Source of the DNA: Octopus vulgaris
Taxonomy: Eukaryota
NCBI GenBank assembly: GCA_951406725.2
Contig: OX597843.1
Span: forward strand, 4,216,001 to 4,280,000
DNA length: 64,000 bases
Direction: 5' to 3'
Positions 1 through 43,049 of the stretch are shown piece after piece. Positions within the stretch are counted from its first letter, which is position 1. The number at the start of each line of letters is the position of its first letter. The translations under genes and the position numbers were made by a program. The notes under the pieces were generated by a model that ran no database searches, was not told the DNA's origin, and was given only the letters and a program-made list of their open reading frames with translations.

Positions 1-130
1 GATGGTGGTGGTGGTGGTGGTGGTGATGTTGATGATGATGATGGTTGTGGTGGTGGTGGTGGTGGTGGTGGTGGTGATGTTGATGATGATGATGGTTGTG
101 GTGATGGTGGTGATGACGATGATGATTATA

Positions 131-173
<43 letters not shown>

Positions 174-400
174 CGATGATAACAGCAGTAATTAAGTTGA
201 TGACGATGAAGATGATGTTTATGATGATGACAGCAACGGTGATGAGGGTAAGTACCCCCACCCCCTTCAGTCATGAATGACCATGGGATTATACCAAGGA
301 AATTGTACCCCCACCCCACCTCTAAGCACATATCCGAGCATGATTGTTTGTGGAAGACCAACAGTGACCCATGCATACCAGTCTCCCCTCTCCACACCAT

Positions 401-505
<105 letters not shown>

Positions 506-1549
506 TAAGTACCAGTTATGCACTGAGGTCAATGTAATTGACTTAATCCCTTTGTCTGTCCTTGTTTCTCCCCTCTGTGTTTAGCCCCTTGTGGGTAGTA
601 AAGAAATAAGAAATAGGCAATAAGAAGCTTGCTTTCCAACCACATGGTTCCAGGTTCAGTCCCACTTCGTGGCAACTTGGGCAAGTGTCTTTTGCTATAG
701 TCTTGGGCCAACCAAAGCCTTGTGAGTGGATTTGGTAGAAGGAAACTGAAAGAAGCTCGTTGGTAGGCAGAAACTGAAAGCAATGGAAGGTGGCAGAATC
801 GTTAGCACACAAGGCAAAATGCTTATCAGTATTTCATCTATCTTTACGTTCTGAGTTCAAATTCCGCCGAGGTCGACTTTGCCTTTCATCCTTTCAGGGT
901 CGATAAATTAAGTACCAGTTACGCACTGGGGTCGATGTAGTCAACTTAATGCCTATGTCTGTCCTTGTTTGTCCCCTCTATGTTTAGCCCCTTGTGGGTA
1001 ATAAAGAAATAGGTATTTCATCTTGTCTTTCATCCTTTCGGGTATCGACGAATTAAGTATCAGTTATGTCCCGGGATCGATCTAAGCCACTGGCTCCCTC
1101 TCCAATAATTTCGGGCCTTGTGCCTAGAGTAGAAAAGATTATTTGTCAAATCTATGAAATGGTTGTCTTCGGTATCTGATTTTTCATACCATTTCTGCTT
1201 CTCTCCATTAAACATTCCAACCCCAGCAGCAAATAGACTGACTTCCTCTAGTGCAGTTAACCTCCTTTTTGTTTTAGCATGTGGAAATATTTACTCTAAA
1301 TACTTGTTATTTGTTTGTATTTTTATTTATTTTATTTTATTTTATTTTATTTTATTTTATTCCATTTAAGGACTATTTCGTTTTTGGTTGTTTTTTTTTT
1401 TTGCAGTTTAAATAGTTTTTCAATACAAAACGGAAAATCCCATGTAATTAAAGAATTCAGTTGTAAATTGATAAAGCTGTAAAGGTTATATATACGGGTG
1501 CTGTCAGGTTAGAAGACAGGCAGACGGACAGACAGACAGAAAGATTGAC

Positions 1550-1580
<31 letters not shown>

Positions 1581-1788
1581 GGCTGGCAAAGAGACACATT
1601 CTACAGTCATAAAACCACACACATGTACGGCCCATACTCAGATGCATATAACCCCCCATACACACATACATACACACGAACATGGATACAAACATACATA
1701 GAGGCAAATGTACATATATACACATACATGCATACATATGCAAATGCATATATATACCGAGATTTTAATCCATTCTTGTTGCTTTTTT

Positions 1789-1823
<35 letters not shown>

Positions 1824-1940
1824 ATATTTCGGAATGGTCCTTATGCCAGTTTAGCAAATAAAAACACACGCACTATATATTTGGTGGTATATTTGCTTCA
1901 GAGTTATTTATTTTTTACATTAATCTTAATCTTATTTCGG

Positions 1941-1980
1941 CCAGAGTTCTTTCGTCACACTCCTGTGACCGCATCAGTGG
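1941..1980 (-). ncRNA. Degenerate minimal hammerhead motif
   Basis: cca-CTGATGC-g-gtcac..gtgac-GAAA-gaac-TC-tgg; core has an A9>C change. Confidence 0.5.
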
Positions 1981-2232
1981 TCCTTTGTTTTCTTCTTTCT
2001 TATTCGTGTCTCTCCTTACTAACCGTCAGCCATTTTGTATTTCTATTGTATGTCTTCATTTGCGCATGCTTATATCTCTATGTGCGTCTATGTTTATTTA
2101 GTGTGTGTATGTGGGGGGATGCCTGTAACATATATATAAAGGGAAAGTTTACGAAAAAAACAACAAAAGACGAAGGCAGGTGGTGTACAAACAAACAGAT
2201 GTATTAGTATAACGCTCAGGAATAGAAAAAGT

Positions 2233-2268
2233 CTTTTACGTTTCGCGCCTACGCTCTTCCACAGAAAG
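2233..2268 (-). ncRNA. Second copy of the variant hammerhead-like motif (CUGUGGA)
   Basis: cttt-CTGTGGA-agagcgtaggcgc-GAAA-cg-TA-aaag; same repeat as 22990-23200. Confidence 0.4.
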
Positions 2269-2322
2269 GGGCACAGAAAAGAAACAAGGAGAGAAAAAAA
2301 TGCGTGTAGGAGCTAACGATCT

Positions 2323-2432
<110 letters not shown>

Positions 2433-2989
2433 CACAGTTGAAACATTCCTGTCACAACCTGGGGCCTTGAAAACTGCTATAACGCATGAAAGTATACTAG
2501 TCCCTTAATATTTTATATTCAATATCAAGAAGAAGAAGAAGAAGAAGAAGAAGACCCCCACCAGGCTTGCTTGGTGAGGTGGGTGCTTGTTGAACACCCT
2601 GTGGGACAAAAATAGGACATACATACATACATACATACATACATGCATGCATACATACATACATACATTCATACATACACATGCATATACATACTCACAC
2701 ACATACATACATACATACATACATACATACGCACACATCCATCCGTACATACACACACACAGCGTGAATGCCAAACAGTACGGCATGTCATTTCTAAATT
2801 TCTGGCAGAGTGAATTGCGTCATGGGGCTGTTTTTCTCACACACACAGTGCCCAACGGACCCTACTATACTGTGTAGTCGACAAAAATCAAAAGCAAGCA
2901 ATGCGCATGCGTGAAATTAAAGCTGTAAAATGGTGACAATTTACCCATTGCACCCTGTGTATATGATATGATGTGATGTAATATTATAC

Positions 2990-3058
<69 letters not shown>

Positions 3059-3214
3059 AATGAAATAGGATAACAAGGTCAAGGCAATTTGAGTTTCCCA
3101 CAAACTTTATAAATAGAAAGGTGGTCTTGCAGCTGTTTCTGGGGTATAAATGATATTTCATCATCAGAGACGAGTTAAAAGAGCTGCAATAGAAGGAATT
3201 AGTAGAGTTCATGT

Positions 3215-3720
<506 letters not shown>

Positions 3721-3753
3721 CTTTATTTAAAGCAGCAGAAAATTCAACAAAAC

Positions 3754-3791
3754 CTGTTACTCTGAGTTTCCCGTTGCCGTTCATCGGACAG
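3754..3791 (-). ncRNA. Degenerate minimal hammerhead motif
   Basis: ctgt-CCGATGA-acggcaacgg-GAAA-ctcagag-TA-acag; core has a U4>C change. Confidence 0.5.
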
Positions 3792-4082
3792 TTTTTGCTA
3801 GAATATATATGTCGTATATATGTATATATATATATATATGTATGTGTGTGTTTGTGTGTCTGCGTTTGTCCTCCCAACATCGCTTGACAACCGATGCTGG
3901 TGTGTTTACGTCCCCGTCACTTAGCGGTTCGGCAAAAGAGACCGATAGAACAAGTACTGGGCTTCCAAAGAATAAGTCCTGGGGGTCGATATACTCGACT
4001 AAATGCGGTGCTCCAGCATGGCCACATTCAAATGACTGAAAAAAGTAAAAGAGTAAAGAGTATATATCTATCTATATATATA

Positions 4083-4995
<913 letters not shown>

Positions 4996-5704
4996 ATATA
5001 TACTGCTCAGCGACACAGACGTGCAGGTTGATTAACTGAGGGGGTGATGTTTCGCCCTAAGTCAGTTCTTATCAGGCCAGGTTTATGGATAGCGAAGTTC
5101 TCGACATGGCCACAGTTTTTTATTCAGATTTTTGCCTATCTAAGCATTACATTAGGAAATGTCTGCTCTGAGTTTTTTGAAAACTTTGGTTGACAGAGCG
5201 CGGGAACGCAGTTCGTAAAAGTTCGGTAATTTACGTACAACGCTGGTAACTTCCATTTTTTTTGTTTTATACATACACACACGCTCGCGTGCACACACAC
5301 TCATATCCACACACATATTCACACTGGCGCACGCACACACACACACACACACGTATTCATACTCGCGCGCGCGCGCACACGCACACACACACACACTCAC
5401 ATACACACTCACACACACACACGAAGAGCATTGAGGGATGACATGAAGGAAGATGGTGGGAGGAGGAGATTCTAAGAATCGGAGAAAGGTTACGGGAATG
5501 AGAGAGATAAAGGGAAAGAGAGAGAGAGTGATGAAGAGTGTGTTTAAGGTGGAGAGGGACAAGAGAGAGAGAGAGAGAGAGGGAGGGAGAGAGAGACAAT
5601 GAGGGAGCTCGCGAAAGATAGAAAGTATTTAAGATAGAGAGGAGAGAGAGGGGGGTTAGCGACAGAGAAAAAGAACGATGAAAATTGAAGGGAAGGAGTG
5701 CGAA

Positions 5705-5736
<32 letters not shown>

Positions 5737-6577
5737 CTAGCGAGATAGATAAAGAGTGTTTAAGATAGAGAGGGAGAAGTGAGAGAGAGAGAGAGACTCA
5801 GAGGGAGAGACTAAGAGGGAGAGAGAGACTAAGAGGGAGAGAGAGAGACAAAGAGGGAGAGAGAGAGACAAAGAGGGAGAGAGAGAGAGACAAAGAAGGA
5901 GAGAGAGAGAGACAAAGAGGGAGAGAGAGAGAGACAAAGAGGTAGCTCGCGGAAGATAGAGATAGAGGAGAGAGAGAGGGGGTGGTTAGCGACAGAGAAA
6001 AAGAATGTTGAAGCTTGAAGGGGAGGAGTGCGAAAGATATATATATATATATATACAGAGACAGAGAGAGAGAGAGAGAGAGCTAGCGAGATAGACAAAG
6101 AGTGTTTAAAATATAGAGAAGGGGAGGAGTAAGAGAGCGAAAAGAAAAAAGCGAGAGGCTGAGAGATAAAGAGGAGGGGGAATTGTGATAGAAAGAGCGA
6201 ACGTCTCTAGAGTAGGATATTTATTTCTGTTTATTTTCTATGTGTGAAGTTGTGTTTGGAGCTGATAGAGGCTAATATTAATGGTGTGTATCTAAAATAT
6301 ATCTAAAACAACAACAACACTGGCATTGGTTGGACAATTTACAAGAACTACATCGACTGCTAGAGTCGCAAGAACAACTACAACAACAAGAAGAAGAAGA
6401 ACAAGGACAATAGCAATCGTATTAACGACGAGGATTTGAAAAGTTTGAAAAGTTTTGAAAAGTTTTGAAAAGAAAATAAATGAACTTTGTTTGTAAAAAA
6501 AGAGTTGAACGGGGTTACACGACTGTAACAGTAATAGCAACAACAACGAAAACAATATTATAATACCTTTGTCCTTT

Positions 6578-7065
6578 GTGGGTCAGAGTTCACTTGGAGC
6601 AGCAACAACAATAGCAACAATAATAAAAGCTATCGTCCACAATAGCAACCGTTTAAGGAAGGGATCCGCTGGTTCGATTTTCACTCGGAAAGAGAAATAA
6701 ACAACGCGAAACAAAGAATTATAAAAGTAGCCAATTTGTGGGTTCACTTGGAGCAGTAGCGATAACAACAATAATAGCAACAATAATAAAAGCCATCATC
6801 CACAATAGCAACCGTTTAAGGAAGGGATCCGCTGGTTCGAGATTCACTTGGAAAAGCGAAATACCAACGCGAAACAAAGAATTGCAAAAGTAGCCAATTT
6901 GTGGGTCAGAGTTCACTTAGAGCAGTAGCGATAACAACAACAATAGCAACAATAATAAAAGCTATCGTCCACAATAGCAACCGTTTAAGGAAGGGATCCG
7001 CTGGTTCGAGTTTCACTCGGAAAGCGAAATAAACAACGCGAAACAAAGAATTACAAAAGTAGCCA
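6578..7065 (+). repeat. ~160-bp direct repeat x3 immediately upstream of the PLBD2 ATG
   Basis: Units start at about 6578, 6738, 6901. Confidence 0.85.
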
Positions 7066-7127
7066 AACTTTTTCCTTTTCCTTCAAAGAGTCATCTTCGT
7101 CTCTTAACAACAACATCGTCATCAACA

Positions 7128-34784
<27,657 letters not shown>

Positions 34785-35000
34785 AGGGGCCTTTTGCAAC
34801 ATCCCCCACACCCACCCACACCCACAACATCACACTCCAACACCACTCCACAACGCACTGCACACACACAACACTCCAGCATACACCCCACTTCCGCAAC
34901 ACAGAAAAACAGTCCAACGCCACTCCGCAACGCACCGCAAGCAACCCCCCCCCACCACACCCAAAATGGATGATTTTTCGTGACAAATATGAAATATAAA

Positions 35001-35006
35001 AATAAA
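35001..35006 (+). promoter_or_regulatory. Probable PLBD2 polyadenylation signal AATAAA
   Basis: AATAAA about 220 nt downstream of the stop codon. Confidence 0.45.
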
Positions 35007-35555
35007 TATGCAACAAAAGGAAAAAAAAACAAAAAGAAATCTAAACCAAATGTGTTTTGTTTACTCTTTTACTTGTTTCAGTCACTTGACCGCGGCCATG
35101 CTGGAGCACCGCCTTTAATCAAGCAAATTGACCCCGGGACTTATTCTTTGTAAGCCCAGTACTTATTCTCCCGCGAATCCTTAATATTGTATAAATATTT
35201 TATTTAATTCATTTCGCAGGAAGGACTGCTTCAGCCGGGTCGTGTTCTGCCCTTACCTTCGAAACACGCATTGAGTCGAACCGAGGGCAGCTGACGAAGG
35301 GGAATTTTCCTTGTATTGTTTGTCCAGTACTCTGTTTTTTCGTTGTTTAAAGAAAGTCCGTTTCTATGTTTGTTTTTATGTTTTCGTCTCTCATTGTGTT
35401 CTACATTTATTTGTGGTGTCCTGTACTCATATATGCATGTATATATACATATAGATGTAGGTACGTACATATATGTATGTATGTATGCATATGTTTTATT
35501 TATTAAATTGTTATTATATATATATATATGTATCTTGCACAACAAATATTTAAAC

Positions 35556-35601
<46 letters not shown>

Positions 35602-35871
35602 TGTATATATACATATAGATGTAGGTATGTACATATATGTATGTATGTATGTATGCATATATATTATTATTAAATTGTTATTATATATATATATATATAT
35701 ATATGCATGTATATATACATATAGATGTAGGTATGTACATATATGTATCTATGTATGTATATGTTTTATTTATCAAATTGTTATTATATATATATGCATG
35801 TATATATACATATAGATGTAGGTATGTACATATATGTATGTATGTATGCATATATATTATTATTAAATTGT

Positions 35872-35933
<62 letters not shown>

Positions 35934-37381
35934 GTATGCATACATGTGTGTATATTTGTGAACCCCTGGAGGCTCAGACAGAAGGAGAAAAAAGAAGACA
36001 AAGAGAGGAAGAGAGAGAGAGAGAGAATGATGGTCAGGAAAGAAATAGTATAAGAGAAAAGAGAGAGGGAGTGAGAGAGAGAAAAAGGGTCATTTTTTTG
36101 AGATGGCTTTTATTGTACATTTTAGGATCAGTAATAATTATAATGGTTTCAAATTTTGCCAGCAAATTTGGGGATGGCGGGGGGGGGGGGGAATAAAGGT
36201 GATTGCCTGGACCCCCCCCCCCCCAGTATGCAACTGGTACTTATTTTTATCACCAGCCAAAAGGATAAAAGGCAAAAGGTAGGCCTTGGCAGAATTAGAA
36301 CTCAGAACGTAATGACAGATGAAATGTTGCTAAGCATTTTGTGCAGTTTGCTAACAATTCTGCCAGCTCACCCCAAAAAAGATGAAAGGCGAAGCCGACC
36401 TCAGCAGGATTTGATCTCAGAACATAGTGGATCGGACAAAATGCCTCTAAGCATTTTGCCGGACATACAAACATGCTACCAGCTTGCCACTTTGACTGGA
36501 TCTTTATTTTATCAATCCTGGCCTCAGCAGGATTTGATCTCAGAACATAGTGGATCGGATAAAATGCCACTAATAATTCTTTCTAATCTTGGTATAAAGG
36601 CCAGCAGCCCTAAGACTTGACTGGACCTTTATTTTATCAACCCCGAAAGGTTGAAAGGCAAAGCTGGCCTCAGTCGGAATTCAAACCAGAAATAGTTCAC
36701 GCTTTCATATTCTGGTTTCTGAGATCAAATTCTGCTGAGGTCGGCTTTGCCTTTCATAACAACAACAACAATAATAATAATTTCAAATTTTGCCACACAC
36801 AAGGGCAGCAATTTCGAGGAACGGCGGGGATAGTTGATTACATCGACCCCACCCCCCACCACAAAAAGGATGAAAGGTAAAGTCGACCTCAGCGGGATTT
36901 GAACTCGGAACAAAGATGAATGAATTACCACTGAGTGTTCTGGGAACCTTGCTAAACAATTCTGCTGACCACCACCCTTGATAATAAATAGTCTTGTGTA
37001 TGAAATGTAGTGAGCTGAAAATTTTCAATTAACTGAGATTATCCTTGTGATTAGCATACAAGAACTCCCTTTAGCATGTCCATAGTTTTTAATAGCTCAC
37101 AGTATAATTGACAGCAATGCACTCTCTCAACCTCTATTTCTCTCTCTCTCTCTTTCTTTCTCTCTCTCTCTCTCTCTCCCTTTTTGCTTGTCCCTTTTTC
37201 CTCTTTAATGAAGGGCAACAACTGTAAACATCACACGCCATCGTTCCTCGTAACATTTAAATTAACGAACTGTCCGGTGGGACTACACAGATGACCATCA
37301 CCACCTGATTTCCTTTGGGGGACTGGATTTGACCCCACCTTTGTCCATCTATCTGTCTGTGTCTGTCTGTTAGTCCGTCCA

Positions 37382-37501
37382 TCAGTCCACCAAGTTGATG
37401 ATGGCCAGCCTCATCGGGGCCAACATGTCCACTCCCAGTTTGCGCCGATTCACAACCAATGCCACGGGGCTGTCCACTCGGATGCTGCGATAGGAAAACA
37501 C
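37382..37501 (-). CDS. TTC5: TTC5 exon 11, terminal ([12 protein letters not shown]...NLVD*)
   Basis: SIRV..P motif; TGA stop. Confidence 0.9.
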   Translation of the reverse strand: MFSYRSIRVDSPVALVVNRRKLGVDMLAPMRLAIINLVD

Positions 37502-40500
37502 CTGAAGAAGAAGAAGAAGAAAAACACAAAATTAATTGAAGTTCAGGTGATTGCGTGGTTCTTTGGGAAGATCTATTGAGGCAAGAGAAATCAAAATCAA
37601 AATCACTGATGTGGCCAATGACCAATGCCTGATTGGCACCTGTGCCAGTCATCATCATCATCATCATCATCATCGTTTAGTGTCCGCTTTCCATGCTAGC
37701 ATGGGTTGGACGGTTCAACTGGGGTCTGGGAAGCCAGATGGCTGCACCAGGCCCCCAGTCAGATCTGGCAATGTTTCTACGGCCGGATGCCCTTCCTAAC
37801 GCCAACCACTCCGTGAGTGTAGTGGGTGCTTTTTACGTGCCACCGACACAGGTGCCAGACGAGGCTGGCAAACGGCCACGGATGGATGGTGCTTTTACGT
37901 GCCACCGGCACGGGGGCCAAGCAAGACTGGCAAACGGCCACGGACAGATGGTGCTTTTTACGTGCCACCGGCACGGGGGCCAGACGAGGCTGGCAAACGG
38001 CCACGGACGGATGGTGCTTTTTACGTGCCACCGACACGGGGGCCAGACGAGGCTGGCAAACGGCCACGGACGGATGGTGCTTTTTACGTGCCACCGGCAC
38101 GGGGGCCAGACGAGGCTGGCAAACGGCCAGTGGAACGTTGAAAGCACATCCGAACGTGGGGTGTAACCGGCTCAATTATGAGTACCCCTCATTCATTGGA
38201 CAATGAACTTCGCTTGCAAAGACCTATTGAGGCAAGAGAAATCAAAATCAAAATCACTGATGTGGCCAATGACAGTACCTATTTCTTTATTACCCACAAG
38301 GGGCTAAACACAGAGGGGACAAACAAGGACAGACAAAGGGATTAAGTCGATTACATCGACCCCAGTGCGTAACTGGTACTTAATTTATCGACCCTGAAAG
38401 GATGAAAGGCAAAGTCGACCTCGGCGGAATTTGAACTCAGAACGTAACGGCAGACGAAATACCGCTAAGCATTTCGCCCAGCGCGCTAACGTTTCTGCCA
38501 GCTCGCCGCCTTAAATGACAGTACCGCCTGGTTGGCACTCGTGCCTGCGGAAAGTTAAAAGCACATCTGAGAGTGACCGTTGCCAGGGCCACGGATTGGC
38601 TCCCGTGCTGGTGGCACGTGAAGAGCACCATCTGAGCGTGATTGTTGCCAGAGTCACCCTACTGGCACATGTGCCGGTGGCACGTGAAAAACAACATTCA
38701 AGCATGGTCGTTGCCAGTGCCGCCGGACTGGCCCCCGTGCAGGTAGCACGTAAAAAACACCTTTTGAGCATGGTCACTGCCAGAACCATCTGACTGGCCC
38801 TCGTGCCGATGGCACATAAAAGCACCCACTACATTCTCAGGGTGGTTGGCATTAGGAAGGGCATCCAGCTGTAGAAACTTTGCCAGATCAGATTGGAGCC
38901 TGGTGCAACCTCTGGCTCACCAGTCCTCAGTCAAACCGTCCAACCCATGGAAAGCGAACATTAAACGATAATGATGAGGACAACAAATAACACAAATTCG
39001 CAAACATTTTCTGGAATTTCCAAAAAATAAAAGGTGATGAGGGATTTATGTGGGACCCTTAAACCAGAATTCCACCATTTATTATTATTTTTTTTTTTTG
39101 TGGTTTTCTTGGTGACTAATGATATTTTCCTGCAGAAAGAAGAGGAAGAGAGGAAAAGACAGAATTAAGGAATTCAGAAACTTGGTCACCTTGTCTTTAA
39201 AGTTGACATTGACCTCACGAAGGAAAGGTCCAGGTATGGCCACCGAGTCTCCGATTTTCACACCGTAGCCCTCGCCTATGTTGTACAGCGACACAGATAG
39301 ACAGTTGCATTCTTCATCGATAAAACAGAAGACACTGGTAAAAAGAGAGAAAGAGAATACATAGAGATGATGGTGAGTGGTTGACGAGGAGGCATAGATG
39401 TAGTTTAATGTGTTATATATAAATATACTAGCAGTATATATAAGCATTTTTAGAGAGTTACTTCCCTTATATAAACCGAGCAAAAAATGCGAAAAAAATG
39501 ATTAATTTTTTTTTTAAATCGTAGACTCATCATAGACGCGCGCTAATACCCAGAAGGGCTCGATATAAATCACGACTATAAGATACCCGCTTTTGGTTAA
39601 ACTGCACTGCAAAATGTGGGAGTAGTTAGGAATCTAAATCGGAGTAGACAGACACACACACAACTTTAGTTTTATATATAAAGATATATATATATATGTA
39701 TGTATATATAATCAAAATAAGCAACAAGGATATCCAAGGTAGAGTAGTACAATTGTTTCATGCTACTTCATATTATTAAACCCTTTAACTTAAGTACCAT
39801 ATTCATCTGAATCTAAATTTTGCTGAACTATATACAGTGACCCCACCTACTGTTGTAAACCACAACCTCACAATCCAAATGAAAAGCATTGTATTCTAAG
39901 CAGTTGTCCTTTCCGTGAAGGTGCATGGCAAAGTGGTTAGAGCGTCGAGCTTCCGATCGTGAGGTTGTGAGTTCGAATCCCGGACCAGGCTGTGTGTTGT
40001 GTTCTTGAGCAAGACAGACACTTTATTTCATGTTGCTCCAGTTCACTCAGCTGTAGAAATGAGTTTCGACTGTATCGGCCCTTTGCCTTTCCCTTGGATA
40101 ACACTGGTGACATAGAGAGGGGGAGGCTGGTATGCTTGGCCGACTGCTGGTCTTCCCTGAACAACCTTGCCAGGACTTGTGCCTCAGAGGGGAACTTTCT
40201 AGGTGCAATCCCATGATCATCCATGACCGAAAGGGGTCTTTACCCTTTACCCTCTGTACATATAATGGTGTGGAGAGGAGAGGCTGGTATGCATGGGCGA
40301 CTGCTGGTCTTCCATAAAACAACCTTGACCGGACTTGTGTCTGGGAGGGTAACGTCCTAGGTGCAATCCCACGGTCAGTCATGACCGAAGGGGGTCTCAG
40401 TGTCCTTACCACACTCCTCTAAAGCTGTGAGACTGGAGGGAGGGGATGCTGTATCGATGCGACTGGATGACAATCAAACATTTCCATATAACTGTGTGTG

Positions 40501-41770
40501 TGTGTGTATGCATGTGAGAGAGAGAAAAAGTGTGTGCCTCTGTGTGTGTGTATGCTTGTGAGAAGGGAAAAGTATATATGTCATGAAAGCGTGTGTGTGT
40601 ATGTATTTAAATATGGCTGAGTGAAAAAGAGAGAATGTGTAAAAAGGCACGTAAAAAGCACCCACTACACTCTCGGAGTGGTTGGCGTTAGGAAGGGCAT
40701 CCAGCCGTAGAAACATTGCCAGATCAGACTGGGGGCCTGGTGCAGCCTTCTGGCTTCCCAGACCCCAGTTGAACCGTCCAACCCATGCCAGCATGGAAAG
40801 CGGATGCCAAATGATGATGATGATGATCTAATGGCACGTAATGGCACATAAAAAGCACCATCCGATCGTGGCCGTTTGCCAGCCTCGTCTGGCACCTATG
40901 CCGGTGGCACGTAAAAAGCACCCACTTAGGAAGGGCATCCAGCCGTAGAAACACTGCCAGATCAGATGAGAGCCTGGTGCAGCCTTCCGGCTTCCCAGAC
41001 CCCAGTTGCACCGTCCAACCCATGCTAGCATGGAAAGCGGACGTTAAACGGTGATGATGATGATGATATGTATGTGGACACATGTGTATGCGTGCATGTG
41101 TGTGTGTGTGTGTACACATCAAAGTGAATGGCAGATACTTACAAAGGTATCGGATCAACATGTGATATTGTGCAGACAACTTTACCAACGACCACCGTGT
41201 GTTTATTGACCCCGGGTTGTAGTTCCTAGAAATAAAAAGAAACAACACAAATAAATATCACATCAGGTTTTGGCTGCGAGGTAAGTAGCTTGCTTCCAAG
41301 CCACGTGGTTCCAGTTTCAGTCCCACTGCGTGGCACCTTGGGTAAATGTCTTCTACTATAGTCTCGGGCCAATCAAAGCCTTGTGAGTGGATTTGGAAGA
41401 TGGAAACTGAAAGAAACCAGTCATATATATGTATAAGAGTGTGTGTGTATGTGTGTAAATATATATATATAATTATATATCACGTGACTGACCAGACCAT
41501 CAGATGTTGTTACACATCGCTGGTCACAATGCGCTTCGCATTGTTTTAGCCTTCGAATGACGCCACCCCACTGGCTAAGCGAGCAGGCCAACAGAAGAGT
41601 GGGAGAAAGAGTACAGCAGGGATCACCACCCCCTGCCGGAGCATCGTGGAGCTTTCAGATGTTTTCGCTCGATAAACACTCACAACGTCCAGCCTGGGAA
41701 TCGAAACCGCGATCCTACGACTCCGAGTCCGCTGCACTAACCACTGGGCCATAGCGCCTCCACATATAAT

Positions 41771-41805
<35 letters not shown>

Positions 41806-42079
41806 CATACTTATACAGAGAAACTCAATCCAAAAGGAAGGCAAATAATTTTAAGTGATTATCTCCCTTACACCGGAAGAAATCACTTATTAGATCACCG
41901 CTCAACGTAAACATAACGTTTTAAAAATTTGAAAAGCTGAACGCGAAACCGGTCATTTCTTCTAAACTATGTCATTGTATGAAAAAAATTTATAATATTC
42001 TTCAGACATATTGACTCAAATATATATTTTTTAACCTTTTAAAACAAGCCTTCTGTAGTTTTTTCACTTTTTACTATTT

Positions 42080-42111
<32 letters not shown>

Positions 42112-43004
42112 ATGGAGCTGAACGAAGATTCTACAAAATTCCTTTTTATTATTTTCTACACATGTTTCAAAGGCCGCAAATTTCCAAATTCGGATTGAAT
42201 AAGGAGACCATTTTGCAGCTTTCTCTTCAGGAAAATCCAGGAATTTAAATCTCCAAACAAATGCGCAGCAAGCTTTTCGAACAAAACGCTCCCTAGGAGC
42301 CCATGATATGGCACAAACTGTCCCTTTGAAACATGTGTAGAAAATAATAAAAAGGAATTTTGTAGAATCTTCGTTCAGCTCCATTTCTTCCCTTCACTAA
42401 ATATATAAAACTTCAATTATCCGCGCCAAGGCACGGTTGCGACACCCCATGGTCGTAACTTCAACCGTGTTTTTTCTGTTGTGATTTTTGCTACCCAGGT
42501 TTCGGTTAAATTTTGAATAATCCGTAACAAGATAATTCATTTATCCATTTCAATATATATATATATATATATACATACACACACGATGGGCTTCCTCACA
42601 GTTTCAATCTACCAAGTACAATCACAAGGCATTGGTTGGCCCGAAGACATTTGCCCAAAGTCCCACGCAGTGGGACTGAACTTGGAACCATCCGCTTGGA
42701 ATGCAAACATCTTAAAACTAATTAGAACAAAAATATCTAATTAAAAACCAAAGTCCAATTAAAAACATCAACTAAATAATAACTCTTTACTCTTTTACTT
42801 GTTTCAGTCATTTCACTGCGGCCATGCTGGAGCACTGGCTTTAGTTGAGCAAATCGACCCAGGGACTTATTCTTTTGTAAGCCCAGTACTTATTCTATCG
42901 GTCTCTTTTTGCCGAACCGCTAAGTGACGGGGACGTTAACACACCAGCATTGGTTGTCAAGCGATGCTAGGGGGACAAACACAGACACACAAACATATAC
43001 ACAC

Positions 43005-43049
<45 letters not shown>

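Noticed and set aside
5045-5090. CTGATAA...GAAAC on the minus strand
   Set aside because: Core is mutated and stem II is unpaired; at best a dead remnant
35260-35305. GAAA...GTC...CTGACGA arrangement resembling a permuted hammerhead
   Set aside because: Stems I and III do not pair convincingly
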